This document shows, piece after piece, positions 26,193 to 36,046 of a DNA stretch of 64,000 nt; the stretch's first letter is position 1, and each line of letters opens with the position of its first letter. Made by a program: the position numbers and the translations under genes. The notes beneath the pieces are model-generated. The model worked only from the letters and a program-made list of their open reading frames with translations. It was not told the origin of the DNA and did not search any database. Where the stretch lies: the NCBI GenBank assembly GCA_038040365.1, contig JBBPIL010000007.1:7550-71549 (forward strand), in the 5' to 3' direction. This DNA comes from Actinomycetota bacterium (lineage in GTDB: Bacteria > Actinomycetota > Thermoleophilia > Solirubrobacterales > 70-9).

Positions 26193-28400
26193 TCAGCGAA
26201 TGGGAATCGCCAGGTCGACCCCGGTCAGCGTGAGGCTCGAGGGGACGCTGGAAGCCTTCAGGAACGGGTCGTCGTCCTGAGCGAGTTCGATCCGGATCCG
26301 GTGACCTGCCAAGAAGCGCCAGCCGTTGCCGTGCAACTCGAAGCTGACCGAGCCGGACTGCGCCTCGGCGTCGCTCACGCGACGTGGTCCGCGATCGACC
26401 AAGACGGCCTCCGCGTTGGGGAAGACATCGTAGAGGCGGGCATTCAATTCGACGCCCGAGGCGCTCGGCGAGGCGCTGAAGTGGGCCGTCACCTCGGTGG
26501 CCCCGATCATCGTCGCGCCAGTCGCGATCGGGTTGCTCGTGTACACGGCGACACCCGACCCTGCCGGCTGGGTCTCAACGGGGCACTTGCCGCCGTTGGC
26601 GGCGAGGTTGGCGACCGGGTCCGAGTTCGCCGCGTGAGGATTGGGCTGCACGTTCGACGTGGTCACCTGGGTCCCGGCGAGGTTCAAATTGAGGGTGTTG
26701 GGGGCAAGCTGCTCGAAGGTGGGGGCGGCGAAGGCTGGCCCCGGCTCGCCCGGGGGCCGGGCGCCGGCATTCTGCGGACAGATCTGAAGCTCGGCCGTGA
26801 CGTCGAAGGTGGGCGTGGGCTGGTTGGGGTCCCCGGGAGGCCTCGCGTAGTGATCGATGAAGCGGTTGAGGCGGGTGGTCACCCCCGTGCGAACGTGGTT
26901 CGGCGAAATGGCGTTGTAGTTGCCGTTCGGATAGTCGGCGGGGCCCGCGCAAGGGTGGCGGGGGCCCGCACCGGACTGGCAGATGTCCGCCCACTCGCTG
27001 TCCTTGTTCTGGGTGAAGTGCTGGTAGTCGCCGTGGACGACCCGGATCGGATAGTTGGGAACCACGCTTCGCAGCCGGTTCAGCATCGTGCGGTCCTCGG
27101 ATCCGGGGAACAGCGGGTCGGTGAACGTGGCGGCGTTGAAGACCGGGATCCGGTAGCTCGGGTGGGAGGCGATGGTGTGGAAGAAGAAGTTTTGGTAATA
27201 CGCCGAGCGCTCGCGCAGAAACTCGGGCAGCAGTGTCTGAAGCGTCGTCGCGCAGGCGGGATTGGACTCGGGCGGATAGGGGCCCTGTAGACAGGCAATC
27301 GCATCGTCGATCTTGGACGGGAAGGTCGTGTGGGGAGTTCCGGGGGGAACGCCGGTCTTGCCGCTGGCGTAGAGCGCGGCGACGATCGACTTCTTGGGGA
27401 TGCCAACCGGGGTCACAGGACTCGGACAAGGGCTGCCGTCGAGCTTGCGCGGGCCCGAGTCACACCCGTTGAACGCCGGTAGCGACCCCGGTTCCTGGGA
27501 GTGGGTTCCGGTCGGGACCAGGGAGTAGACGAGGTCGGTCCACCCGTACTTGGGAGCGGTCGCTGCCAGCGACATGGGGGTCTGCCCCGCACCGGTGTCG
27601 CCGGTGCAAGTCCACTTCGGATCGGTCAGGGCCAGCCAGGAGAAGCCGCCGCCGTAGGACCCCCCCGTCGTGACGAGCTTCTGTGGGTTGATGGCGACCT
27701 TTCGGCCGGTGACCGGGTTGAACTTGCCGACTGCGCCGAGCACCTGGCAGGCCAGGTGCTGGTAGTCGTTGATCTCGTAGCTGCGCGAGTCGAGCTCCGT
27801 CTGGCCGGTGGAGCCGTGCCCGCTGCCGTCCACGAACCCGCGCGCCGTATAGCTCACCACCACGTAACCTCGCGCCGCGAACCAGGCGTTGTTGTAGTGC
27901 CACTTCTCGCCTTCCGCGTCGGCACCGCCGAAGCTGGTCGCCTCCCAGCTCGTCTTGCTGCCGCTACAGCAGCCATGCATGAAAACCAGCATCGGGTAGC
28001 CACCCTTCGGCGGGGCGCCGGTCGGCAGGGTGACGTCGACGTCGAGCGCGACGTTCCCATTTGAGTCCGCTCCTGGGACGGTGCTTGCAGCCGACGCCTT
28101 CCCGGGGAGGCGGACGTAGCCATTGCCGGCGTACTTCGCCGGCACCGTGACCGCCTTGGCGCCTGTGGGGTTCGAGGTCGTTCCACCGAAAGCCGGGACG
28201 CCGTCGTCACACTTAAAGACCGCGTATCCCGTGGCCGGGGTGATCCTGTTGCAGCTGCTCGGGTTGTAGAGGGAGGCCGGGATCTTGGCGCCGGCCGGCG
28301 CAGCGAGCAGCATCCATGCCCCCATGCAGGCGACCGTCAGTTTGATCGTTCGGCTCACCACGCTGATCACGAGCCAGACTAGCCCCTTGACTGGAGCCAC
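26193..28400 (-). CDS. secreted CocE/NonD (X-Pro dipeptidyl-peptidase S15) family hydrolase
   Basis: N-terminal signal peptide. Nucleophile elbow GGSYGG. C-terminal PepX_C-like beta-sandwich (ARLYDVFPNAEAVLVDRG..GHRIRIELAQDD). Confidence 0.75.
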   Translation of the reverse strand: MAPVKGLVWLVISVVSRTIKLTVACMGAWMLLAAPAGAKIPASLYNPSSCNRITPATGYAVFKCDDGVPAFGGTTSNPTGAKAVTVPAKYAGNGYVRLPGKASAASTVPGADSNGNVALDVDVTLPTGAPPKGGYPMLVFMHGCCSGSKTSWEATSFGGADAEGEKWHYNNAWFAARGYVVVSYTARGFVDGSGHGSTGQTELDSRSYEINDYQHLACQVLGAVGKFNPVTGRKVAINPQKLVTTGGSYGGGFSWLALTDPKWTCTGDTGAGQTPMSLAATAPKYGWTDLVYSLVPTGTHSQEPGSLPAFNGCDSGPRKLDGSPCPSPVTPVGIPKKSIVAALYASGKTGVPPGTPHTTFPSKIDDAIACLQGPYPPESNPACATTLQTLLPEFLRERSAYYQNFFFHTIASHPSYRIPVFNAATFTDPLFPGSEDRTMLNRLRSVVPNYPIRVVHGDYQHFTQNKDSEWADICQSGAGPRHPCAGPADYPNGNYNAISPNHVRTGVTTRLNRFIDHYARPPGDPNQPTPTFDVTAELQICPQNAGARPPGEPGPAFAAPTFEQLAPNTLNLNLAGTQVTTSNVQPNPHAANSDPVANLAANGGKCPVETQPAGSGVAVYTSNPIATGATMIGATEVTAHFSASPSASGVELNARLYDVFPNAEAVLVDRGPRRVSDAEAQSGSVSFELHGNGWRFLAGHRIRIELAQDDDPFLKASSVPSSLTLTGVDLAIPIR

Positions 28401-28430
28401 GCGTTGCTCCGTTTGGGCCGGACGGCATGC

Positions 28431-29189
28431 TCAGACGACGCACTCCCGGCGGCGCTCCGCGAAGAGCGCGAGGGCGTAGCGCCCAGCGGGGTGGTCGCGT
28501 ACGCGCTCGACGAGCGCTGCCGTTTGGGGCGGCAGGAGGTCCGGCTGCGGGAGCGGGACGCCGTATACGGGTGGGACGACGACCGCGGCAGACAGCGCCG
28601 CGAAGGTCAAGTCAGCTGCGCCGAAGCGCTCGCCACACAGGTGCGGACGGCCGTCGGCGAGCAGCTCCGCCACGAAGTCGAGCTCGCGCCAGACCGCCGC
28701 CTCGTCTTCGGCCTCGATCCCGGGACGGATGCCGAGCTCACGCCGGACGAAGCGCAGGGCCAGCGGCCATCCGTAGCGGATCGCGCGGTCCTCCCAGCGC
28801 GGCACGCCCTGGTTGTTGAAGGGGAGCATGAGTTTGCGCTGGGCGAGCATGTGGATGTACATGAGCCGCCGCCCCTTCGGCCCGAGCTCGTCGTCGAGAC
28901 GCCGGCAGAGGCGCTCCACCTCGGAGCGCGCGCCGGGCTCCGCGGGAAACAGCCGGTGCTCCGGTGGTGTGCGCGCATCGACCCAGGCCAGGATCTCCTC
29001 CGACTCCCCGAGCACGCCGTCTGGAGTCACAAGCACGGGAACCGTGCCCACGCCACCCGCGCGCCGCGCGGCGAACCGGTGGATGCCCTGTACGTGGCGC
29101 TCCTCGCGATAGGGCATTCCCACCCGCTCGAGAGCCCACCGCGCCTTCTCGCAGTAGTGGCTGATCGGGATCGTGATGAGCCGCAGCAC
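28431..29189 (-). CDS. glutathione S-transferase family protein
   Basis: Thioredoxin-like N-terminus (ISHYCEKARWALE.., VPVLVTPDG) and a helical C-terminal domain. GTG start. Confidence 0.7.
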   Translation of the reverse strand: MLRLITIPISHYCEKARWALERVGMPYREERHVQGIHRFAARRAGGVGTVPVLVTPDGVLGESEEILAWVDARTPPEHRLFPAEPGARSEVERLCRRLDDELGPKGRRLMYIHMLAQRKLMLPFNNQGVPRWEDRAIRYGWPLALRFVRRELGIRPGIEAEDEAAVWRELDFVAELLADGRPHLCGERFGAADLTFAALSAAVVVPPVYGVPLPQPDLLPPQTAALVERVRDHPAGRYALALFAERRRECVV

Positions 29190-29207
29190 CTGATCGCCTG
29201 CCGCCCG

Positions 29208-29741
29208 CTATCCCTCTCTTGGCTCGATTAGGAGCGCATGCGCGACCGCGAGGGCCTCACCGTCGGGCGCCAGCACGGCCGATCCGGCGTGACGTTTCCG
29301 GCCGTCGGTCTCGATCGGCCACGCGATCACGACGTGCTCCTCGCCGGCGATGACTGGCGCGTCGATCCGCCCGGTGAGCCGGGCGAGCATGCTCATGGTC
29401 AATTCCCCGTTCATGTACAGCGCGAAGTAGGTAGGGCAATCGAGCACAGCCCATACGAACTCCTGGAGCACACGTCCGGCCGCGTCCGCCGTCCACGAAG
29501 GCGGCGTCCACGGCGAGGCGACGAGCTGGCGGTCATCGACCGCGCCCGCGAACACCCCGAACGCGTCCTCGCGTGCTCGCCCGCAGACGAAGCAGCGACT
29601 GAAGGGGCCGTCGGAGCGTCCCCGGTAGCGCGCCGCCGCCAGGTGGGCCTCGTGGGAACTCACCGGCGCCGGCACCTCGACCTCGAGTTCGGGCGCCGAA
29701 CGCGCCTCGACGACCAGCGCCTCGCCGTCGAGCACCCGCAC
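29208..29741 (-). CDS. hotdog-fold (thioesterase-like) protein; true N-terminus probably further upstream
   Basis: FSRCFVCG motif. The first canonical start is GTG at 29741, but a coding-like frame continues to 29927 (see finding). Confidence 0.6.
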   Translation of the reverse strand: MRVLDGEALVVEARSAPELEVEVPAPVSSHEAHLAAARYRGRSDGPFSRCFVCGRAREDAFGVFAGAVDDRQLVASPWTPPSWTADAAGRVLQEFVWAVLDCPTYFALYMNGELTMSMLARLTGRIDAPVIAGEEHVVIAWPIETDGRKRHAGSAVLAPDGEALAVAHALLIEPREG

Positions 29742-29936
29742 CGTGCCGTCGTTCTCGCGGACGACGTCGAGCGGCGCGTCGAGCGGTACGGGACGCCTCA
29801 GGCTGACCTCCGCGGCTCCCTCCAGGAAGCCGGCGACGACGCCCGAGCAGTATCCGCCGTTACCGTTCTCGAGCGGCCCGTTGAAGCGCCTTGGTATGGA
29901 CAGGGACTCGGAAACGGGCTGACTATCTCAGGTTGG

Positions 29937-30389
29937 CTATGCCTGCGCGGAGATGAGCCGCTCAAGCTTGTCGAAGCCGTCCATCCAACCGTCCCGGTGA
30001 AGCGCATGACGCGCCTCGGTCTTGAACGGGCCCTGCGTAAAGGCAACCTCCGTCGACTCACCGAGATCCCGAAATGACAGGGCGACCAGTGACTCGACGT
30101 CGTCGGGATCGGGGTCTTCCCAGACGAACGTGTAGGCGAGGCGGGCAGGCGAGTCGACTTCGCGGAACTCCCCCGTCAGATAGAAGGGGTCGCCCTCCGG
30201 CGGCTGCATCTCGATCCGGTAGCTCTCTCCGACGCGAGGTTGAAACTCCAGGCTCGGGGTGGTGAAGCCCTCCGGCCCCCACCACTTCGCTAACTCGCTC
30301 GAATCGCTGAAGGTCCTGAACACGACCGAAGGAACCGCTGCAAGAACGCGCTTCATCTCGAGCGTGAGCTCGTCCGATCCCGCCGCCAT
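29937..30389 (-). CDS. SRPBCC/AHSA1 (START-like) domain protein
   Basis: FSDSSELAKWWGPEGFT.., YRIEMQPPEGDPFYLTGEFREV. Confidence 0.8.
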   Translation of the reverse strand: MAAGSDELTLEMKRVLAAVPSVVFRTFSDSSELAKWWGPEGFTTPSLEFQPRVGESYRIEMQPPEGDPFYLTGEFREVDSPARLAYTFVWEDPDPDDVESLVALSFRDLGESTEVAFTQGPFKTEARHALHRDGWMDGFDKLERLISAQA

Positions 30390-30450
30390 TCGTTGATCCT
30401 ATCCAGCGGCCTGTTTGGATCCGCGCCTGCTCCGCGAAGGCCATATGCGA

Positions 30451-30523
30451 TGGGCCGTGAAGGGCTCGAACCTTCAACCTTGAGCTTAAGAGGCTCCTGC
30501 TCTACCAGTTGAGCTAACGGCCC
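30451..30523 (-). tRNA. tRNA-Lys (anticodon CTT)
   Basis: The minus strand reads GGGCCGTTAGCTCAACTGGTAGAGCAGGAGCCTCTTAAGCTCAAGGTTGAAGGTTCGAGCCCTTCACGGCCCA. Anticodon loop CTCTTAA. CCA is not encoded. Confidence 0.9.
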
Positions 30524-30558
30524 GGCGATCGGGATGGTAGCGGCGGCTGGCGGGCGGT

Positions 30559-31326
30559 CTAGGGCGCAGAGCCGACGTCGCCGAACGGGCTCTGGAGCGG
30601 GCTGGCGCCGGGAGTGGTCGGCGACGGCGCGTTCTTCTGCGCCTTCGCCAGCTGCTTCTTCGCCTTCACGGCCTGCTTGCGGATCTGCTCCAGCTGCTGC
30701 TTGACCTGGCTCCGCTGCGACTTCGGCGCCTCCGCCTCGGCCTTGCTCGCCGCCTGATCGCCCCCCGAGATGTCGCCCGCGAAGTACAGGTAGTAGGCGA
30801 GCTGGCCGTAGGAGCCCGAGCTGGGCTGGCTCGAGGCCACGATCCGCTGTGCCCCGGCAGCCCCCTGGGCGTCGCTGAGGAAGTAGTACGCCTGCACGAT
30901 CTGAGCGGCGATCGCGGGGTTCGGCTTCCCCTTGTTGACCTTCAGGTACTTCTCCCAGGCGTCGACCGACTTGCCGAGCTCCGTGTGGGCGTCCTCGCTG
31001 ACGCTGATCGCCCCCGTGGTCTGGTCCTGCGTCACGCCCTGCTTCGCCTTGTAGTACTCGTACTTGGAGAGCTTCAGCAGCGCAGCGGTGTCCTTGGGGT
31101 CCGTGGCCAGCTGCTGGTTGGCGTTGTCGATCTGATCGTCGTACTGACCGCTTAGCGAGCCGCCACTGCCGTCTCCGCCCAGCCCGATCGCGTCGAAGAT
31201 GCCTCCCGCCGAGTTGCCGCCACCGCCGATGCCGAGGCCGACGAAGCCGACCAGGAAGATCGCCGCCAGCAGCGCGTAGGACACCTGGACGACCCGCTTG
31301 CGCTTGCCACTGAGGTCGAAGAGCAC
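30559..31326 (-). CDS. hypothetical membrane-anchored protein (N-terminal TM, Gly-rich linker, helical domain, Lys/Gln-rich tail)
   Basis: GTG start 10 nt downstream of the tatC stop. TM helix VSYALLAAIFLVGFVGLGI. I do not recognise a family. Confidence 0.6.
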   Translation of the reverse strand: MLFDLSGKRKRVVQVSYALLAAIFLVGFVGLGIGGGGNSAGGIFDAIGLGGDGSGGSLSGQYDDQIDNANQQLATDPKDTAALLKLSKYEYYKAKQGVTQDQTTGAISVSEDAHTELGKSVDAWEKYLKVNKGKPNPAIAAQIVQAYYFLSDAQGAAGAQRIVASSQPSSGSYGQLAYYLYFAGDISGGDQAASKAEAEAPKSQRSQVKQQLEQIRKQAVKAKKQLAKAQKNAPSPTTPGASPLQSPFGDVGSAP

Positions 31327-31336
31327 GTCCGGCAGC

Positions 31337-32122
31337 CTAGCTCGCCGGACTTGCGGGCGGCTCGGGCTCCCGCGCGGGCGTGGCCGGTTCGGCCGGCGTG
31401 CCCACCAGGCGCGCCAGGATCAGGGAGAGCTCGAACAGCGCCAGCAGGGGTACCAGCTCGATCAGCATCGTCACCGGGTCGGTGCCGGGCAGAAGCATCG
31501 CGACCACGGCCAGGATCAGGTAGGCGTAGCGGCGATTGTGCGAGAGCTGCTGCGGGGTAACGATGCCGAGCCGGGTGAGCGCGACGATCCCCATCGGCAC
31601 CTGGAACACCAAGCCGAGCGCGATCAGGGTGAGCATGAAGAAGCTGTAGTACTCGCTGGCCCGCACCTGAATGTTGAACTGGTCGTCGTTGAAGTTCAGT
31701 AGGAACTGCGTCGCCGCCGGGACGACGACGAAGTAGGAGAACGCCACGCCGGTGATGAACAGCAGCGGGACCAGGATCAGGAACGGGAGCACGACGCGCT
31801 TCTCGGTCGGCTTCAGCGCCGGCAGCAGGAAGGCGTAGGCCTGGTAGAGCAGGACCGGCAGAGCGATCAGGATCCCGGCGTAGATCGAGACCTTGAGGGT
31901 GGTCATGAACGGCTCCGTGACGCCGAAGGTGATTGGCACCCGGTCGCCGGGCAGCGGCTGGTTGGCGATCTCGAGCAGCAGGTGGTTCTGCCAGAAGCAC
32001 AGTCCGCAGGCGACCAGCAGCACCGCCGCCGAGGCGATGATCCGGTTGCGCAACTCATCGAGGTGCTCGACGAGCGTCATCTGCTCGTCGAACTTTGCGG
32101 CCCGCAGACGGGTCGTGGCCAC
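31337..32122 (-). CDS. tatC: twin-arginine translocase subunit TatC
   Basis: MTLVEHLDELRNRII.., six TM helices, and the typical PFLILVPLLFITG. Confidence 0.9.
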   Translation of the reverse strand: MATTRLRAAKFDEQMTLVEHLDELRNRIIASAAVLLVACGLCFWQNHLLLEIANQPLPGDRVPITFGVTEPFMTTLKVSIYAGILIALPVLLYQAYAFLLPALKPTEKRVVLPFLILVPLLFITGVAFSYFVVVPAATQFLLNFNDDQFNIQVRASEYYSFFMLTLIALGLVFQVPMGIVALTRLGIVTPQQLSHNRRYAYLILAVVAMLLPGTDPVTMLIELVPLLALFELSLILARLVGTPAEPATPAREPEPPASPAS

Positions 32123-32362
32123 TTAGGAGCGGTGGTCGGTTACGACCTCACTCTCGACGGGCTCGCCGGGCTTCTCCGCGCCCTCGATCTGAGGGGGCTG
32201 TGACGACTCTTCGTCTTCGTCGCCCTTGCCCGAGATCGAGGACCTGAACTCGCGGATCCCGCGGCCCATCGAGCGTCCCAGCTCCGGCAGACGCTTCGGC
32301 CCGAAGATCACCAGGGCAATGATGAGGACGATTGCCAGCTCGAGGGGTCCCACGTTTGGCAT
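32123..32362 (-). CDS. tatA: twin-arginine translocase subunit TatA/E
   Basis: GPLELAIVLIIALVIFGPKRLPELGRSMG. Confidence 0.9.
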   Translation of the reverse strand: MPNVGPLELAIVLIIALVIFGPKRLPELGRSMGRGIREFRSSISGKGDEDEESSQPPQIEGAEKPGEPVESEVVTDHRS

Positions 32363-32389
32363 CAGGACAGATGGTATCGGCGCCCGCCG

Positions 32390-32956
32390 CTAGCGCTTGA
32401 AGTTGAGGTAGAAGCGGCTCGGCGTGGGCTCCGCCTGATCCTGGTACTTGCTGCCCGCCTCGCCCGAGCCGTAGGGGCGCTCGACGGCCGAGTCCATGCG
32501 CATGAACGAGATCTGTCCGATCGGCATCCCGTAGTAGATGGTCACGGGCAGGTTGGCGACGTTGGAGAGCTCCAGGGTCAGGTTCCCCACAAAGCCCGGG
32601 TCGACGAAACCGGCGGTGCTATGAATGAGAAGGCCCAGGCGGCCCAATGAGCTCTTCCCTTCGAGCCTCGCAACGACGTCATCGGGGAGCTGTACGCGCT
32701 CCAGCGTCTGGCCGAGCACGAACTCGCCCGGGTGGAGGATGAAGGGATCGGTGTCAGAGATCTCGACTGCCTCGGTGAGCTCCTCCATCGGCTGACGCAC
32801 GTCGATGAACGGGTAGCGCGCGTTGTGGAAGACCCGGAAGCGGCGGTCGACGCGCACGTCCACGCTCGACGGCTGCACCATCGCCTCGTCGAACGGATCG
32901 ATGACGATCCGCCCGGCCTCGATCTCCGCCTTGATGGTGCGATCGCTGAGGACCAT
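32390..32956 (-). CDS. dcd: dCTP deaminase
   Basis: ATG at 32956 (MVLSDRTIK). [17 protein letters not shown]. Confidence 0.9.
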   Translation of the reverse strand: MVLSDRTIKAEIEAGRIVIDPFDEAMVQPSSVDVRVDRRFRVFHNARYPFIDVRQPMEELTEAVEISDTDPFILHPGEFVLGQTLERVQLPDDVVARLEGKSSLGRLGLLIHSTAGFVDPGFVGNLTLELSNVANLPVTIYYGMPIGQISFMRMDSAVERPYGSGEAGSKYQDQAEPTPSRFYLNFKR

Positions 32957-33084
32957 CGTGAGCCAGTCTATTCCCGCCCGCCACCGTCCCCGGCTCGGCT
33001 GGCGAGGCTCCGGAACGCTCCCGCTCGCGCCCTGGGGTCCGCTCCCTAAAGCTCCTGGAGTCCTCCGCCGATAGAGCACCCGAA

Positions 33085-33483
33085 GTGGCAGAGAAGCAGA
33101 CAGCGAATCAGCGCAACCGGACCTCCCTGGAGGGCGGACTCGAGCCGAGCATCTTCGAGACGCGGCTGGCGACCACCACCCGCCGGCGTCGTGATGACCT
33201 CCACGTCTGCCCCGCCTGCAACTCGGAGCTGGTCTATCCGACCGACTGGGCGCCGGCCAGCAATCGGCGCTGGCAGGTGGCGCTCCGCTGCCCCGAGTGC
33301 GAGTGGAACGGCGGCGGCAGCTACAGCCAGGAGGTCGTCGACCGCCTCGACGAGGCGCTCGAGCGCGGCACCGAGTCCGTGCTCGACGACCTGAACACCC
33401 TCGTACGGGCGAACATGGAGGATCAGATCGATCGCTTCGTTTCCGCCCTGAGCGCGGACCACATCCTCCCCGAAGACTTCTAG
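33085..33483 (+). CDS. hypothetical zinc-ribbon protein
   Basis: CPAC..(18 aa)..CPEC four-Cys pattern. GTG start. Confidence 0.55.
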   Translation: MAEKQTANQRNRTSLEGGLEPSIFETRLATTTRRRRDDLHVCPACNSELVYPTDWAPASNRRWQVALRCPECEWNGGGSYSQEVVDRLDEALERGTESVLDDLNTLVRANMEDQIDRFVSALSADHILPEDF

Positions 33484-33499
33484 GTCAGGGACCTCCAGG

Positions 33500-34501
33500 T
33501 CAGGAGTACCGCTCGACGACGCCGTCGGCGACCAGCTCGAGGAGCTGTCGCTGGTCGGCATCGAGCGGTGAGCGCTCCAGGGCACGCTTGGCAAGCTCCA
33601 CGCGCCTGCGGGCGCCGGCCCTGACCTCGTCGAGGACGCCGGTCGCGGCGATCCGGTCGCAGACCCCCTCCGCGCGCTCGGCGTTCAGTTCTCGCAGCCT
33701 CAGCTCCACCAGGCCCTGATCGCGATCGCGAGCGAGGATCCACGGCAGGGTCACGGTTCCGTCCAGCAGGTCGGTCCCGCGGGCCTTGCCCGTCCGCTCC
33801 GGCGGGCCGGTGACGTCGAGCACGTCGTCGAGGAGCTGGAAGGCGAGGCCGATCTCGCGACCGAAGATCTGAAGCGCCGCCAGGGAGTCGGCGCGGCCAG
33901 CCGCGACGGCCCCGGAGTCGCCCGCCCACCCGATCAGGCAGGCGCACTCGAACAGGCGTCCCGTCTTCAGCTCGCAGCGCTCCAGGTAGCGCTCGGCGGA
34001 GATCGAACCGTCGAAGGCGTCGCGCCGCTGGGCCAGCTCGCCAAGCGCCAAGGCCACCGAGGCCCTGGAGAGGAGCTCCACCTGCTTTCGGGTGCCGTCT
34101 CTGCCGAGCTCGGCGAAGGCCCGCGAGAACAGGAGATCGCCGACCGCCAGCGCGCGGTCGCGGCCGGAGCGGGCCACCACGGTCGGGCGGCCGCGGCGAA
34201 GCGGCGCCGCGTCGAGCACGTCGTCGTGGACGAGGGTCGCCATGTGGACGAGCTCGATCGCGGTCGCGGCTCGAATCGCGGCCTCACCTCCCCGCGGCCC
34301 GGCGCTGAGCAGGACCAGCATCGGGCGCAGGCGCTTTCCTCCGGCGGCGAGCGTCGCGGATGCGTCAGCGGCCAGGGCCTCGCCATGGCCCTCGACCAAT
34401 CGCCCCAGGCGCTCCTCGACAGCCTCCATGCGAGCGGGCAGCCACGCGTCGGCGGCCTCCAGCACCAGCGTCACCGGGGGCGGGACGGCGGTTCGGTTCA
34501 C
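33500..34501 (-). CDS. polyprenyl diphosphate synthase (HepT/GGPPS-type)
   Basis: First Asp-rich motif LVHDDVLD and second FQLLDDVLD. Confidence 0.9.
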   Translation of the reverse strand: MNRTAVPPPVTLVLEAADAWLPARMEAVEERLGRLVEGHGEALAADASATLAAGGKRLRPMLVLLSAGPRGGEAAIRAATAIELVHMATLVHDDVLDAAPLRRGRPTVVARSGRDRALAVGDLLFSRAFAELGRDGTRKQVELLSRASVALALGELAQRRDAFDGSISAERYLERCELKTGRLFECACLIGWAGDSGAVAAGRADSLAALQIFGREIGLAFQLLDDVLDVTGPPERTGKARGTDLLDGTVTLPWILARDRDQGLVELRLRELNAERAEGVCDRIAATGVLDEVRAGARRRVELAKRALERSPLDADQRQLLELVADGVVERYS

Positions 34502-34551
34502 CTCGGTGCTCCCATCTCAATCACGGCGACGGCCCTTCCCAGGCGGCCGGC

Positions 34552-35310
34552 TCAACCGCCTTTGGCCCCGGAATGGATCGCGATGATCCCGCCGGCCAGC
34601 AACAGGTAGCGAATCCGCTCCAGCCTGGCGCCGGCCATCATCGCCGCCAGGCCCTCGGGCGGCGGGAACCGCTTCACCGACTCGGGCAGGTATGCGTAGG
34701 CATCGCGGTCCCCCGCAACAGCCCCGAGCAGCGGCACGATCCGGTCGAACCACAGCGAGTAGAAGGTCGACAGCGGAGGCCGGCGTGGCTGGGTGATCTC
34801 GAGGATCACGGCGCGGCCTCCGGGCCTCAGCACCCGGACCATCTCGGCCAGCCCACGCTCGAGGTCGACCAGGTTCCGCACCCCGAAGCCCACCGTAACG
34901 GCGTCGAACGAATCCTCCTCATATGGGAGCTCCAGCGCGTCGGCCCACTCGAACCGGGCCTGCGACGCGCCGCGCTCGCCGGCCTTGCGCCTGGCCAGCT
35001 CCAGCATCGGCTCCGAGAAGTCGCAGCCCACCACGGCGCCATCGGGCCCGACGCGCCGCGTCAGCTCGAGCGCCAGGTCGCCGGTGCCGCAGCACACATC
35101 GAGAGCGATGCCGCCCGGCGGCAGCTCGGCGCGGTCGGCGGCCCGCCGACGCCAGCGGTGATGCATGCCGGCGGTCATCGCCGTGTTCATGAGGTCGTAG
35201 ACGCCCGCGATGCGGTCGAACATCGTCCGCACCTGGGCCGCGAACTCGGGCGAGGAGCGTGACGGTCGGTCGACCGTGCCCGCTCGGGTGGACTCAATCT
35301 CGGCCTTCAT
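34552..35310 (-). CDS. menG: demethylmenaquinone/ubiquinone methyltransferase
   Basis: FDRIAGVYDLMN. SAM motif I LDVCCGTGD. Confidence 0.9.
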   Translation of the reverse strand: MKAEIESTRAGTVDRPSRSSPEFAAQVRTMFDRIAGVYDLMNTAMTAGMHHRWRRRAADRAELPPGGIALDVCCGTGDLALELTRRVGPDGAVVGCDFSEPMLELARRKAGERGASQARFEWADALELPYEEDSFDAVTVGFGVRNLVDLERGLAEMVRVLRPGGRAVILEITQPRRPPLSTFYSLWFDRIVPLLGAVAGDRDAYAYLPESVKRFPPPEGLAAMMAGARLERIRYLLLAGGIIAIHSGAKGG

Positions 35311-35317
35311 CCCGGCG

Positions 35318-36046
35318 CTACTTCAGCGACGCCAGGAAGTCCGAGACCTGGTTCAGCTCTTTCTGCGACAAGCAGCCCACGTTGGAGCCCGGAGCGCAGC
35401 TCGTGAACGCGGGCATGATCCCCGGGCCCGCCTCGAGCGAGCGCAGGATCGCGCTGCGGGGGATCTGGGCCCCGATCTCGGTCAGCTCCGGCCCCAGGGT
35501 CCCGTTGCCGTTGTCGCCGATCGTGTGGCAGGCGAGGCAGCCGTTCTGGGCGACCAGCTCCTTGCCCGCCTCGTATTGCGGCGCCACCTCCATGTCGATC
35601 TTCGTCGGCGGCCCCGCGATGGCGCCCGTGTAGGTGAGGTAGGCCATCGAGACCAGGGTCAGGACCAGCACCGTCATCGCGATCGGCCGGCGCTCGGGGC
35701 GGCGCTCCGGACCGCGGTCGAAGAAGGGCAGAAGCAGCAGCACGACCATGCCGATCGTCGGCACCCCGATCGTCGCCAGCGGCACCAGCTCGTAGGGCTT
35801 GATCACCCGCAGGACCTCGAACAGGAAGAAGAAGTACCACTCGGGTCGCGGCGTGTACGTGGTGGTCGTGGGGTCGGCCTTGGGGCCCAGCTCGGCGCCG
35901 AGCACGACGGCCAGCAGAGCGATCATCAAAACGACGATCAGGGCCATCGTCGAGTCCTTCATCACCGCGTAGGGGAAGAAGGGCTTGCCCTCCTTCTTCA
36001 GCAGCTCGTAGTCGCGGAGGTAGGCCTCCTTCTCGGCCCGGTTCAA
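35318..36046 (-). CDS. qcrC: menaquinol-cytochrome c reductase cytochrome b/c subunit (subunit IV-like + monohaem c)
   Basis: TTG at 36046 sits behind AAGGAGGAG and overlaps the qcrB stop (TTGA). PEWYFFFLFEVLR. A single CLACH haem-c motif. Confidence 0.8.
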   Translation of the reverse strand: MNRAEKEAYLRDYELLKKEGKPFFPYAVMKDSTMALIVVLMIALLAVVLGAELGPKADPTTTTYTPRPEWYFFFLFEVLRVIKPYELVPLATIGVPTIGMVVLLLLPFFDRGPERRPERRPIAMTVLVLTLVSMAYLTYTGAIAGPPTKIDMEVAPQYEAGKELVAQNGCLACHTIGDNGNGTLGPELTEIGAQIPRSAILRSLEAGPGIMPAFTSCAPGSNVGCLSQKELNQVSDFLASLK

